Assembly: GCA_046481705.1 (NCBI GenBank)
Contig: JAWOJK010000134.1
Coordinates: 1 to 48,260 of the forward strand
Source of the DNA: Desulfobacterales bacterium
Lineage (GTDB): Bacteria > Desulfobacterota > Desulfobacteria > Desulfobacterales > JAABRJ01
Direction: 5' to 3'
DNA length: 48,260 bases
The translations under genes were made by a program, and so were the position numbers. The stretch's first letter is position 1; the number at the start of each line of letters is the position of its first letter. The notes under the pieces are model-generated. The model made no database searches, was not told the origin of the DNA, and saw nothing but the letters and a program-made list of their open reading frames with translations. Below, one piece after another: positions 21,110 to 30,130 of this stretch.

Positions 21110-22027
21110 TTGACACTATTTCCCCCGCCGAAGCGGCTGTGGTTCCTTCTGATTCTGCTGGTGGCGGGCGCTGCGGCCGTCTGGCTACCCCGCGCCCTGA
21201 ACGCAAAAAAAGAGCTGCTGATCCCGGTTGAACCAGCCGCCCTGTCGCCCGGATTGGCCCTGGCAACCGCCCTGCGAAAAAACGTCGAGATTCGTGTCAA
21301 AGGCCCAAAGTCGATCGTTTCAGACCTTTCCAGTCAGAAAATCGTCTACAGGTTGGACCTTTCCGGCGTCCAGTCCGGTATTCAGACAATTCAACTTCAA
21401 AAAGAGGCCGTTTGCCTGCCCGCAAACGTTTCCGTGGATGCCCTCAACCCCTCCTATATCACGGTCCAGATAGACCTGCGCATGGAAAAACGGCTGCCAG
21501 TGGTGCTCGATCTGGTGGGCAAGCCGACAGCGGGGTTCTACCTTGCCGGCTCAGAAGCCATTCCCCCGACGGCTGTCCTCTCCGGCGCTGAAAGTCTGCT
21601 GGCCCCGCTCACCGCCATACGGACCCAACCGATCGAAATTGACGGGGCCGCGGAAAGCTTCCAGCGCAAGGTTCCGCTGGATCTGCCCGAGCTGGTCGGG
21701 GTCGATAGCGCCTCGAAACTCGTGACGGCCGGGATTGTCATCGCGGAACGGATCGAGACTCGCGTTATGGCAGGCCTCCCCATTACGGGGACCAGCACCA
21801 CGCACACTTATCGGATCGCACCACCGACCCTGGATCTGACCCTCAAGGGGCCTGCCAGGGTTTTGGATAAGCTCCAGTCTGAAAACGGGATCAAGGCCTA
21901 CGTGGATTTGAAGGGGCTTAAACCAGGTGTTTACCGCGAACGGGCCACCATTTCGCTGCCGGTAACCGTCACCGTGGTGGCCGTCACGCCGGAGCGCTTT
22001 ACGGTAGAACTCATCCAAAGGAAATGA
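21110..22027 (+). CDS. cdaR: CdaR/YbbR-like membrane protein with about three YbbR repeats
   Basis: N-terminal TM helix and repeated V.GP-type units (IRVKGPKS, AVLSGAES, LTLKGPAR). Located after folP. Confidence 0.7.
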   Translation: MTLFPPPKRLWFLLILLVAGAAAVWLPRALNAKKELLIPVEPAALSPGLALATALRKNVEIRVKGPKSIVSDLSSQKIVYRLDLSGVQSGIQTIQLQKEAVCLPANVSVDALNPSYITVQIDLRMEKRLPVVLDLVGKPTAGFYLAGSEAIPPTAVLSGAESLLAPLTAIRTQPIEIDGAAESFQRKVPLDLPELVGVDSASKLVTAGIVIAERIETRVMAGLPITGTSTTHTYRIAPPTLDLTLKGPARVLDKLQSENGIKAYVDLKGLKPGVYRERATISLPVTVTVVAVTPERFTVELIQRK

Positions 22028-22030
22028 TCG

Positions 22031-22795
22031 ATGCTCTTGGTAATTGATGTCGGGAACACCAACACGGTACTGGGAATTTACGACGGTCTGAACCTGATTC
22101 GGGACTGGCGTATCCGAACCGAGCGCAACACCACCGAAGATGAATTGAACGTGCTGCTCAGCAGCCTTTTGGCAACGGGCGGAATTGAACGCACCCATAT
22201 CGAAAAAAGCATCATTTCCTGCGTGGTACCGCCGGTAGTTAAAATTCTAGATGCCTTCTGCCGCCGCTACCTGGGTCACGCGCCTTGCTGGGTGGATGCC
22301 CGATCGGTGGGGATGATGCCCATCCGTTATCATAACCCGGCGGAAATCGGCGCCGACCGGCTCGTCAACGCGATTGCAGCCTATCACAAGTACCGCTGCA
22401 GCCTCATCGCCATCGACTTCGGCACCGCCACCACCTTTGACGTCATCTCCGAAAAGGGCGAATATGTGGGTGGCGCCATCAGCCCCGGCATCATGATTTC
22501 CGCGGAAGCCCTGTTTCGCAAAGCCTCCAAACTGCCACGGGTGGAAATCTTCACACCCCCGCAGACCGCCATCGGCAAGGACACCATCACCAGTATTCAG
22601 GCCGGGATTATTTTTGGGTATGCCGCCATGGTGGACGGAATGGTGCGGCGCATAAAAGCCGAGATGACCACCAGCCCACGCGTCATTGCCACCGGCGGGC
22701 TGGCCGAGCTGATGTTCAGGGTTGCGGAAACGATAGAGGCCATCGAGAAAAACTTAACCTTGGAAGGCTTGCGACTTTTGAGCGAGGCTCTTTGA
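22031..22795 (+). CDS. coaX: Type III pantothenate kinase
   Basis: Motifs IDVGNTN, GADR, IDFGTATT, GG.ISPG, IATGG and LTLEGL. Confidence 0.96.
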   Translation: MLLVIDVGNTNTVLGIYDGLNLIRDWRIRTERNTTEDELNVLLSSLLATGGIERTHIEKSIISCVVPPVVKILDAFCRRYLGHAPCWVDARSVGMMPIRYHNPAEIGADRLVNAIAAYHKYRCSLIAIDFGTATTFDVISEKGEYVGGAISPGIMISAEALFRKASKLPRVEIFTPPQTAIGKDTITSIQAGIIFGYAAMVDGMVRRIKAEMTTSPRVIATGGLAELMFRVAETIEAIEKNLTLEGLRLLSEAL

Positions 22796-22893
22796 GGTAA
22801 AGAATACGCCAGCTTGCTTTTCTTCCGGCCCGCCGCCCCGCATCGTGAAAAAACGCATCCGCCCGCCGGAGTGCCCGTGGCATTCGAACGCGG

Positions 22894-23055
22894 CTACCTC
22901 ATCCCCATTTGTTTTTCCAAATCCGCGATCTCCTTTTGCAGGGCCTCTTTTTCGGCCGCCGACAGGGAATCATCCGCCAGCCGGCACCGCAGGCCCAATA
23001 ACAGCATCTCTTCACGATATTCGTGGCAGGTGTAGCGGGAGGGCGTATCGGTCAT
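22894..23055 (-). CDS. Small hypothetical coiled-coil protein (53 aa)
   Basis: MTDTPSRYTCHEYREEMLLLGLR...EIADLEKQMGMR. Natural helical composition; co-oriented downstream of the pilT cluster. Confidence 0.6.
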   Translation of the reverse strand: MTDTPSRYTCHEYREEMLLLGLRCRLADDSLSAAEKEALQKEIADLEKQMGMR

Positions 23056-23156
23056 CGAAAAAAATCCTTGCGCGCCATCGGCCGCCGGCAATCGAGCGGC
23101 CACTGAGGGGTGTCGTCCGCCAGGCCTACCTTCGATCCGGCGCGAACACCAGGGCT

Positions 23157-23819
23157 TCAGCTCCGACCGACAGCCTCAAGGGATTCATTGAAAACCCGGT
23201 AGAAGAGGTCCCGCTCCGTCAGCCCGCGCCCCAGGATGCCGCCGATCTGGTTCAGGTTGCGGCTGTTGATGATCATGTTGACGCTTTTACTGAACGCCAT
23301 GAACTGGTCCATGGTGCGGTAGCGGCGGCTGATCATGGCCACGAAGACCTTGCGGCGCACCGCCATGCCGAGGCGCTCGAGATAGATCAGAACCCCGTTT
23401 TCGTCAGGGTTGGCCGTGTCAAAGGCTTCATTGACGACCACAAGATCATAGTCGTGATAGCGCATCCGCTTGAGGGCATCCCGGGTGCTTTCGGCCTCGG
23501 TGATGTGGTACTCCATGATTTTCAGAACCTCGGAGACTTTCTTTATCACCTCTCCGTTTTCTTCGCAAATCAGCGCGGTTTTGCCCTCTTCCTCCGTGAA
23601 GTTGAAGGGGCTGTCAGTGAAGCCGTCGCAGGATGCCGGGGCGGCATCGATGCAGGCGGGCTCCGGCTCTGAGGACGGGAGCGCGGCGGAAAGGGGTTTG
23701 GCGCCGACGACGATCCCGGCCTTGCAGCGGGGACAGCGCAGGGTTGCCGTCCGATCGGATTGGATTTTATCGTCGGCGATTCGAAACTTGCTCTTACACT
23801 TTTTACAGATGATCTCCAT
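23157..23819 (-). CDS. MJ0042-type zinc ribbon fused to a degenerate receiver-like domain
   Basis: MEIICKKCKSKF..LRCPRC zinc ribbon, Pro/Ala linker, then a REC-like alpha/beta pattern (ALICEE...YDLVVVNE). SD AAGGGG. Confidence 0.75.
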   Translation of the reverse strand: MEIICKKCKSKFRIADDKIQSDRTATLRCPRCKAGIVVGAKPLSAALPSSEPEPACIDAAPASCDGFTDSPFNFTEEEGKTALICEENGEVIKKVSEVLKIMEYHITEAESTRDALKRMRYHDYDLVVVNEAFDTANPDENGVLIYLERLGMAVRRKVFVAMISRRYRTMDQFMAFSKSVNMIINSRNLNQIGGILGRGLTERDLFYRVFNESLEAVGRS

Positions 23820-23859
23820 GGCCAGATCCCCCTTGTTTTCAAAACAATGCAACGCCCGG

Positions 23860-25047
23860 TTAAAACCCCATGGCGCTGGGCTGGTGCTTGCGGGTGTATT
23901 CGCGATCCAACTGGAGTTGCTGGATATCGGTGGTCGACTCACCGCGAGCGCTCTTGACCGTGTCAATCCCGCGCCCCACGATACCGCGCCGTGACGCATA
24001 GCCCATGGCCGTCTCCCGGGTGATGAGCCCCTGTTCGTAAAGGTTTATGATGTAATCGTCAAAGGTGGTCATCCCGAAGGGCCGGCCGTCCTGCATGATC
24101 TCGTAGAAGGTTTTGCCTTCCGACTCGCCGTTGAGGATCGAATCCTTTACCCGCAGGTTGGTTCGCAGAACTTCAAAGGCCGCCACCCGCCCCCCGCTGA
24201 CTTTGGGAAGAAGCCGCTGCCCGACAATCCAGCGCAGCGTGTCGGCCAGTCGGATTCGGATCTGGTTCTCCTCTTCGGTTTTGAACATACCCAGAATACG
24301 GTTGATGGTTTGACCGGCATCGACGGTGTGCAGCGTGGTCAATACCAGATGGCCGGTTTCCGCCGCGCTGAGACCGATTTCAACGGTTTCACGGTCCCGC
24401 ATTTCCCCCACCAGAATCACCTTGGGGGCCTGGCGCAACGCCGCGCGCAGCCCGTGGGCAAAACAGTCGTAGTCGGTCCCGAGTTCCCGCTGGTTGAAGG
24501 TCGATTTTTTGTGGGGGTGTTGGTACTCGATGGGATCTTCGAGGGTCACCACATGAACGGATTTTTTCTCGTTGATGTCGTCCAGAATGGCGGCCAGAGA
24601 GGTTGATTTACCGGAGCCGGTAGCTCCGGTGACAAACACGATGCCGTTTCTTTCCTGGGCAATTTCGAAAAAGGATTCGGGCAGATTCATTTCATGGATG
24701 TTGGGGACCTTGGACTCCAGCCGCCGCAGAACAATGCTGGTGTTTCCGGACTGCGAAAATACGTTGACCCGGAAGCGGGCTTTACCGGGCAGGCTGTAGG
24801 AGAGATCGCAGGACCCTTGGCTGAGCAAGCGTTCGGTCAGGCGCCGGTCCTGGTTGATCAGGTTCAGCGCAAAAACCTCGGTTTGGAAAGGGGTCAACTC
24901 CCGCAAAGCCGTTTTCAAGTCTACCCCCACAAGCTCCCCGGCGCTTTCCACCTGGAGGGTTTTACCCACCGTCAAATTCAAGTCCGAGACATTGTTATGG
25001 GAGTCGAGCATCTTGGTGAGAATCTGGTCGATTTCATGCTTTTTCAT
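23860..25047 (-). CDS. PilT/PilU-family type IV pilus retraction ATPase paralogue
   Basis: GATGSGKST, TLEDPIE, LVGEMRD and His box GHLVLTTLH. Lacks the AIRNLIRE motif. Confidence 0.9.
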   Translation of the reverse strand: MKKHEIDQILTKMLDSHNNVSDLNLTVGKTLQVESAGELVGVDLKTALRELTPFQTEVFALNLINQDRRLTERLLSQGSCDLSYSLPGKARFRVNVFSQSGNTSIVLRRLESKVPNIHEMNLPESFFEIAQERNGIVFVTGATGSGKSTSLAAILDDINEKKSVHVVTLEDPIEYQHPHKKSTFNQRELGTDYDCFAHGLRAALRQAPKVILVGEMRDRETVEIGLSAAETGHLVLTTLHTVDAGQTINRILGMFKTEEENQIRIRLADTLRWIVGQRLLPKVSGGRVAAFEVLRTNLRVKDSILNGESEGKTFYEIMQDGRPFGMTTFDDYIINLYEQGLITRETAMGYASRRGIVGRGIDTVKSARGESTTDIQQLQLDREYTRKHQPSAMGF

Positions 25048-25151
25048 GCTGAGCCTCTCAATCCTGACGATACAAACCGGCCTGCCTCAGGCCAAGCCGG
25101 CTGCCGACCGAAAATCATAATTTTAAACCAAAACCGCCGGCATGCCAACGG

Positions 25152-26234
25152 TCAGGCCTCGGTGAAATCCGCCGGCGGGTTGCGCAGCAGGGGCCTGAAC
25201 TTGGCCTTGTCGTTGGCCTTGGCATAGGCATCTTCCGAATCGATCATGCCTTTTTTGTAGAGATCCATGATGGCGTCATCCAGCAGCTGCATGCCATACT
25301 TCTTTCCGGTCTGCATCATCGACGGCAGCTGGTGGGTCTTGGATTCCCGGATCAGGTTGCGGACCGCCGGAGTTGCAATCAGGATCTCGAGGGCCGCGCA
25401 GCGGCCGACCTTGTCCACGCGTTTAAACAGCACCTGCGCCACCACGGCCCGGATGCCATCGGCCAGGGTGGAGCGGATTTGGGCCTGTTCGTTGTGGGGG
25501 AAGACCTCAATGATCCGGTCGACGGTTTTGGCAGCGCTGGTGGTATGCAGGGTCCCAAAAACCAGGTGTCCGGTGGAGGCCGCCTCGATCGCCAAAGAGA
25601 TGGTCTCGAGATCCCGCATTTCGCCCACCAGAATGATGTCGGGGTCTTCACGCAGCGCTCCGCGCAGGGCAGAACTGAAGGATTGGGTATGCAGGCCCAC
25701 CTCGCGGTGGTTGACAATGCAGCTCTGGCTTTTGTGGACGAACTCGATGGGGTCCTCAACTGTTATGATGTGATCCTTGCGGATGCGGTTGGCCTCATCG
25801 ACTATCGCCGCCAAAGTGGTGGATTTACCACTGCCGGTGGGCCCGGTTACGACCACCAGCCCCCGGGGCAGGGAGGCCAGCCGGGGAATAACCGGCGGCA
25901 GACCGAGCTGCTGGGCCGTCAGGATCGTATTCGGGATTTCCCGGAAAACGGCCCCGATCCCGTTTTTCTGCATAAAAAAATTGGCGCGGTAGCGGGCGAG
26001 ACCCGGAATTTCATACCCAAAGTCGATGTCGCCGCTTTCCTCAAAGTTTTTGACCTTGTCTTCGGGCGCAATCTCGTAGAGCATGCTTCTCAGATCGTCA
26101 TCGCTCAGCAGCTTGTACTTGACCCGCTCGATATCCCCGCGAATTCGCAAGGCCGGCTGCTGCCCGGATACCAGGTGAAGATCGGATGCCCCCTGGTCGT
26201 GCATCAATTTAAAAAACGCATCAATTTTCGCCAT
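25152..26234 (-). CDS. pilT: Type IV pilus retraction ATPase PilT
   Basis: GPTGSGKSTT, EDPIE, LREDPD, GHLVFGTLH, AVRNLIRE and GMQ. Start MAKID with SD GGGAG. Confidence 0.95.
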   Translation of the reverse strand: MAKIDAFFKLMHDQGASDLHLVSGQQPALRIRGDIERVKYKLLSDDDLRSMLYEIAPEDKVKNFEESGDIDFGYEIPGLARYRANFFMQKNGIGAVFREIPNTILTAQQLGLPPVIPRLASLPRGLVVVTGPTGSGKSTTLAAIVDEANRIRKDHIITVEDPIEFVHKSQSCIVNHREVGLHTQSFSSALRGALREDPDIILVGEMRDLETISLAIEAASTGHLVFGTLHTTSAAKTVDRIIEVFPHNEQAQIRSTLADGIRAVVAQVLFKRVDKVGRCAALEILIATPAVRNLIRESKTHQLPSMMQTGKKYGMQLLDDAIMDLYKKGMIDSEDAYAKANDKAKFRPLLRNPPADFTEA

Positions 26235-26595
26235 GAAACACTCCCGCTGGCTGCGATTGAAAAGAGGGTTGACGCTTCTAACGGGCTTGAAACGCGTCCG
26301 ACATATGACCGTTTCGTGCAAAGCGCCCGAATGCAGCGCGTGAATTTCTAAATCTGCGGCATTTTTGGCGCATGCCGCCGCATCCTCCGAAGACCGACGC
26401 CCGCAACTGCCACGCAGGACCGCCGCAGCGGCGGCCGGTCCGGTTAGGGGCGAAAACTGCCTGCAGGGAGAAATGGGTACTTAAGACATCGACAGCGGGG
26501 GAACCAAGCTTGAGGGGAAAAGGGCATGCCGGTGGGGGGGCTGAAAGGCCGGAAGAACGGCCGCGGGCAACGACGCCTGCGGCCGGCAGGCTCGG

Positions 26596-27099
26596 CTACC
26601 TGGAACGGGCCAGAAATTTGAGCTTGGAATCATCTTGATCCACTGCGTCCATTTCGGCCTGGCCCATTTCAAGCAGCTTGGTGTGGGTTTCCAGCACCGC
26701 ACGGATTTGCACCTCGATCTGCATGCGCTGCCGCTTCAACTCGGCGATGTCTTCATGCAGTTGGGCCAGGCGATTGTGGGCGCCGTTGAGTATCTTTTGG
26801 GCGTGCACCTCGGCCTCGGCGGTAATCAGCTCGGCCGCTTTACGGGCGTTTCCCTTGATCTGCTCGAGGACTTTCTGGGAGTTGAGCATGGCCCGTTTGA
26901 AGCTTTCTTCGCGCTCACGAAAACCCTGAATATCGCGTTTGAGACGGCGAATTTCCTCCTGAAGCTGCTTGTTTTCATCGCCGACGGTCTCAAAGGCGTC
27001 CGCCATTTTCTCAAGGAAGCCATCGACTTCACGAACATCGAATCCTCGAAAGCGCACGCGAAACTGCTGTTGCTGGATCTCTAAAGGGCTAATTTTCAT
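26596..27099 (-). CDS. divIVA: DivIVA domain protein
   Basis: MKISPLEIQQQQF..RFRGFDVREVD.FL followed by a coiled coil. Confidence 0.9.
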   Translation of the reverse strand: MKISPLEIQQQQFRVRFRGFDVREVDGFLEKMADAFETVGDENKQLQEEIRRLKRDIQGFREREESFKRAMLNSQKVLEQIKGNARKAAELITAEAEVHAQKILNGAHNRLAQLHEDIAELKRQRMQIEVQIRAVLETHTKLLEMGQAEMDAVDQDDSKLKFLARSR

Positions 27100-27137
27100 G
27101 GCTGTCTTAATCTCTTTGATTGGAGGCCGCCTCTGAG

Positions 27138-27437
27138 TCACGATAAGAGCGCCGCAATCCGGAAGAGGCTGTCCACGAGGAATTTACGAAGAAAAATAAC
27201 CACCAGAAAAACGATGATCGGCGACAGGTCGATGCCGCCAAACCCCACCGGCAGTCGTCTGCGGATCTGGTAGAGTACGGGCTCTGTGACACTGTTGATG
27301 AAACGCACAATGGGGTTGTATGGGTCGGGGTTGACCCACGACAACACGGCGCGGGCCACGACGATCCATAGAAAAAAAAGCAGGACGTAATCGATGACCG
27401 TCGCCACCGCTATCAGAAGGTTGCCGATAATAAACAT
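27138..27437 (-). CDS. yggT: YggT/YlmG family membrane protein
   Basis: LSWV.PDPYNP, TEP.L..IRR.LP and GIDLSPI motifs. Confidence 0.92.
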   Translation of the reverse strand: MFIIGNLLIAVATVIDYVLLFFLWIVVARAVLSWVNPDPYNPIVRFINSVTEPVLYQIRRRLPVGFGGIDLSPIIVFLVVIFLRKFLVDSLFRIAALLS

Positions 27438-28087
27438 GCCGGACTGGTCCTCGAAGCAGGGGGGGTGTATAACCCCAGGGTTCCCCAAATGGGGGCAGTT
27501 AGTAAAATTTCTCCAATAATTAAGTGTGGATGGCAGATAAGTCAAGAAGTTTCGTGCAGCAACCTCGAGGCCCGCAAGTCGCCGGCAGCAGGCGGGCGGG
27601 AGACCGGAAACGACGAAAAAACGCGCCGGCCGGCCGCGGGCTTTGCGACATTACGCCCCTGAGGGTCAGATTTCTTGCCAGCATCGCAAATGTCGAGGAT
27701 CCCGCCACTGTTTCCCCACCCGTAGCCCTGGTTCTTCCCTGGCAAGAGGCGATCTGCGGGTTGTTTTCCTCTGATTTTCCTGATCAATATCTTTCGCGCT
27801 GGCGACGTCAGTTGCGGCTGTTTTTGCTTACTTTACAGGCCGGAAAAAGCGCCTTACCTTACGTCGCAAGGAAAGGCCTTTCTCTGCTGATCGGCGAGGG
27901 GTGTTCGTCTCCAAGACGCCCCGAGACCAGCGACACCCCAGATGCCGCCCCCGGGTATCTGGGCAGAGGACCGACCGCATGGATCCCGCCACAGGACCGA
28001 CCACGGCGGGTCAATTTTCATTTTAACCCCGGAAGCCGTTTGGACTCGCCGGGAAAGGCTCAACGGCTGATGTAAGGAGCACTCAGG

Positions 28088-28558
28088 ATGCACTTCAAAT
28101 CCACCATGACGGTCATTGGCCTTGCCATTGGTCTTTTTTTCGGCGTGATCATCGCCGAGGCTTTCGCCGCCGGCAGTATTAAGTGGCATTCCTACCAAGA
28201 GGGCGTCGCACTGGGTAAACAAAAAAACAAAAAAGTGTTCCTGAATTTTTTTGCCGATTGGTGCACCTATTGCAAGCAAATGGACAGCGAAACCTTCGCC
28301 GATTCGGCTGTCGGCGCTTATATGAACAAGAATTTCATCGCCGTCAAAGTGGATGCCGACCGGGAAACCCAACTAGCCTCCGAGTATCATGTCCAGGGCC
28401 TGCCGGTATCCACCTTTATCGCCGAAGACGGGGCGCTTATCGGCAGCCAGCCCGGCTTCATCGCCCCCGACCAGATGGTGCCGCTGCTGCGCTACATCCA
28501 TACCGACAGCTACAAGACCATGTCCTTTGAAAACTTTCTGGAAGGCTCTGGCAACTGA
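28088..28558 (+). CDS. Exported thioredoxin-fold protein (WCTYC)
   Basis: Signal peptide, F.ADWCTYCKQM, cis-Pro V.GLP and PGF motif. SD AAGGAG. Confidence 0.85.
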   Translation: MHFKSTMTVIGLAIGLFFGVIIAEAFAAGSIKWHSYQEGVALGKQKNKKVFLNFFADWCTYCKQMDSETFADSAVGAYMNKNFIAVKVDADRETQLASEYHVQGLPVSTFIAEDGALIGSQPGFIAPDQMVPLLRYIHTDSYKTMSFENFLEGSGN

Positions 28559-28644
28559 GAGTCGGCGCCGCAAGCCAAAATCTGGTCCCCGGCAGGCAGG
28601 CAGCGGGCCCTGTTTCAGGCCGCAGGCTTACGGTCGCCGAGCGG

Positions 28645-28911
28645 TCAGCGTGACGGCCGCTGGCCAGTGCGCCGCAGGATCAAGCGAATGCCGATGGTCA
28701 CAAAAATCGTTGCGCTCAGGACCAGCAAAAGCCCTGGTACCCATGCAAATTCGGTGTAAGCCGGATCCTCTCGGGTCACCGAAAGGCCGATCGCCCCGAA
28801 AACGGCCACTGCCGCCAGAAACCCCATAACGGCCAGGCAGGCGTTTTCGCTGTCATACCAGGGAACGATGATTTTTCGAAAAACGGGATTCTGATCGAGT
28901 TTCATGGGCAT
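28645..28911 (-). CDS. Small two-TM hypothetical membrane protein
   Basis: MKLDQNPVFRKIIVPWYDS followed by two hydrophobic helices and a basic tail. Confidence 0.65.
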   Translation of the reverse strand: MPMKLDQNPVFRKIIVPWYDSENACLAVMGFLAAVAVFGAIGLSVTREDPAYTEFAWVPGLLLVLSATIFVTIGIRLILRRTGQRPSR

Positions 28912-28929
28912 CAGGGTAATGAAGGGTGC

Positions 28930-29877
28930 ATGAAAGATCAAGTCGATAAAACAACTGCAACAGGCGGGCGACTGTTCCGCGGAATGGCGGCCTGGCTGCT
29001 GGCACTTGGCCTTTCAGGGCCTTTTTTGGGGCTCTCAGGCTGCGCCACGACCCCCGCGGCCGTGACCATCAAGGACCTCGACCAGTCCTTTGGGGTCGAC
29101 AGCATCCTGTCGGGGGAAACCGGCCGCAGCGTATCGATCGAGATGCTGGTGGCCGACCTGGCGGGCGCCCGGGTGATCTACGTGGGTGAAAACCACATCA
29201 ACCCTGCTCACCACCGGATTCAGCGCCAGCTGATGGCGCTTCTGCACCAGCATCACCCGCAGTTGACCGTGGGCATGGAGATGTTTGACCGCACCTACCA
29301 ACCGGTTCTAGACCAATGGTCGGCCGGCGCACTCGAAGAAGACGCCTTTCTGCAGAAAACCCAGTGGTACGCCAACTGGCGCTACCCGTACCCGCTATAC
29401 CGGGATCTGCTGGACTTCATCCGAGCCCAGGGGCTGCCTGTTTTTGCACTGAACCTTCCCGGGCACATCCCCGCGCGGATCCGGGTGGGGGGAATCGCCA
29501 ACCTCACCGCTCACGACAGCCCCTGGCTGCCGGCTGAAATCGACCTGACCCATGAAGCCCACCGCCGCTATCTCGAATCGGTCTTTCAGCGCCACGCCTT
29601 CCGCGGCGACGCCAGTTTCGAATTTTTCTACGAGGCGCAGTGCGTTTGGGAAGAGACCATGGCGGAAAACATCGCCCGCAGCCTGACAGCAGCGCCCATG
29701 CTGGTGCTGGCGGGAAACAGCCACATCCAGTTTCACTACGGCATCCCGCAGCGGGCGCTGCGCCGCACCGGGGTCCCCTTCCGCACGGTTTACCTGGCGA
29801 CGGTCGGCGAAACCGTTGCGCTGGGTATCGCCGATTACATCTGGGTCACCCCCGCTCCCGGCTCCTCCCCGCAATAA
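28930..29877 (+). CDS. ChaN-family lipoprotein (EreA/ChaN/TIKI fold)
   Basis: Lipobox LSGC; motifs IYVGE.H...HH..Q, GMEMF, AQCVWEETMA and LAGNSH. Confidence 0.85.
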   Translation: MKDQVDKTTATGGRLFRGMAAWLLALGLSGPFLGLSGCATTPAAVTIKDLDQSFGVDSILSGETGRSVSIEMLVADLAGARVIYVGENHINPAHHRIQRQLMALLHQHHPQLTVGMEMFDRTYQPVLDQWSAGALEEDAFLQKTQWYANWRYPYPLYRDLLDFIRAQGLPVFALNLPGHIPARIRVGGIANLTAHDSPWLPAEIDLTHEAHRRYLESVFQRHAFRGDASFEFFYEAQCVWEETMAENIARSLTAAPMLVLAGNSHIQFHYGIPQRALRRTGVPFRTVYLATVGETVALGIADYIWVTPAPGSSPQ

Positions 29878-29943
29878 CCCTGTGCAAACTTTTAAGTTTA
29901 TGCCATCAAACGATTTAGGCGTTGGCACCGGAGTGCCGATAGA

Positions 29944-29997
29944 GCCCAATATATGGTTAATTTTCTGTTGACACACAACAATATGTAGTTGTATGAA
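29944..29997 (+). promoter_or_regulatory. Tandem NrdR boxes overlapping the nrdD promoter
   Basis: GCCCAATATATGGTTA (29944-29959) and CAACAATATGTAGTTG (29976-29991) match acaCwAtATaTwGtg. They are 32 bp apart and flank TTGACA at 29968. Confidence 0.8.
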
Positions 29998-30130
29998 GGC
30001 CTGACCGTCGCTGCCGGCGGCCTTGCCTGTCAGCATCCTTTAAGCTCAACTTCAGTTTGAACAGCCCAACCCCCACCCGGGACGCCGAGCACGGATCCCC
30101 GAGCAGAATTGCCTACAAGAGAGGAGCGCC

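Noticed and set aside
26240-26595. Expected yggU (DUF167) gene after divIVA
   Set aside because: No suitable minus-strand ORF or motif; treated as intergenic.
27440-28087. 650-nt divergent intergenic region and its ORFs as a riboswitch or gene
   Set aside because: No recognisable riboswitch core, and the ORFs have non-protein-like composition. Only promoter-like elements are visible.
28088-28558. Thioredoxin-like gene as the electron donor for NrdD
   Set aside because: It has an export signal, so it is unlikely to serve a cytoplasmic RNR.
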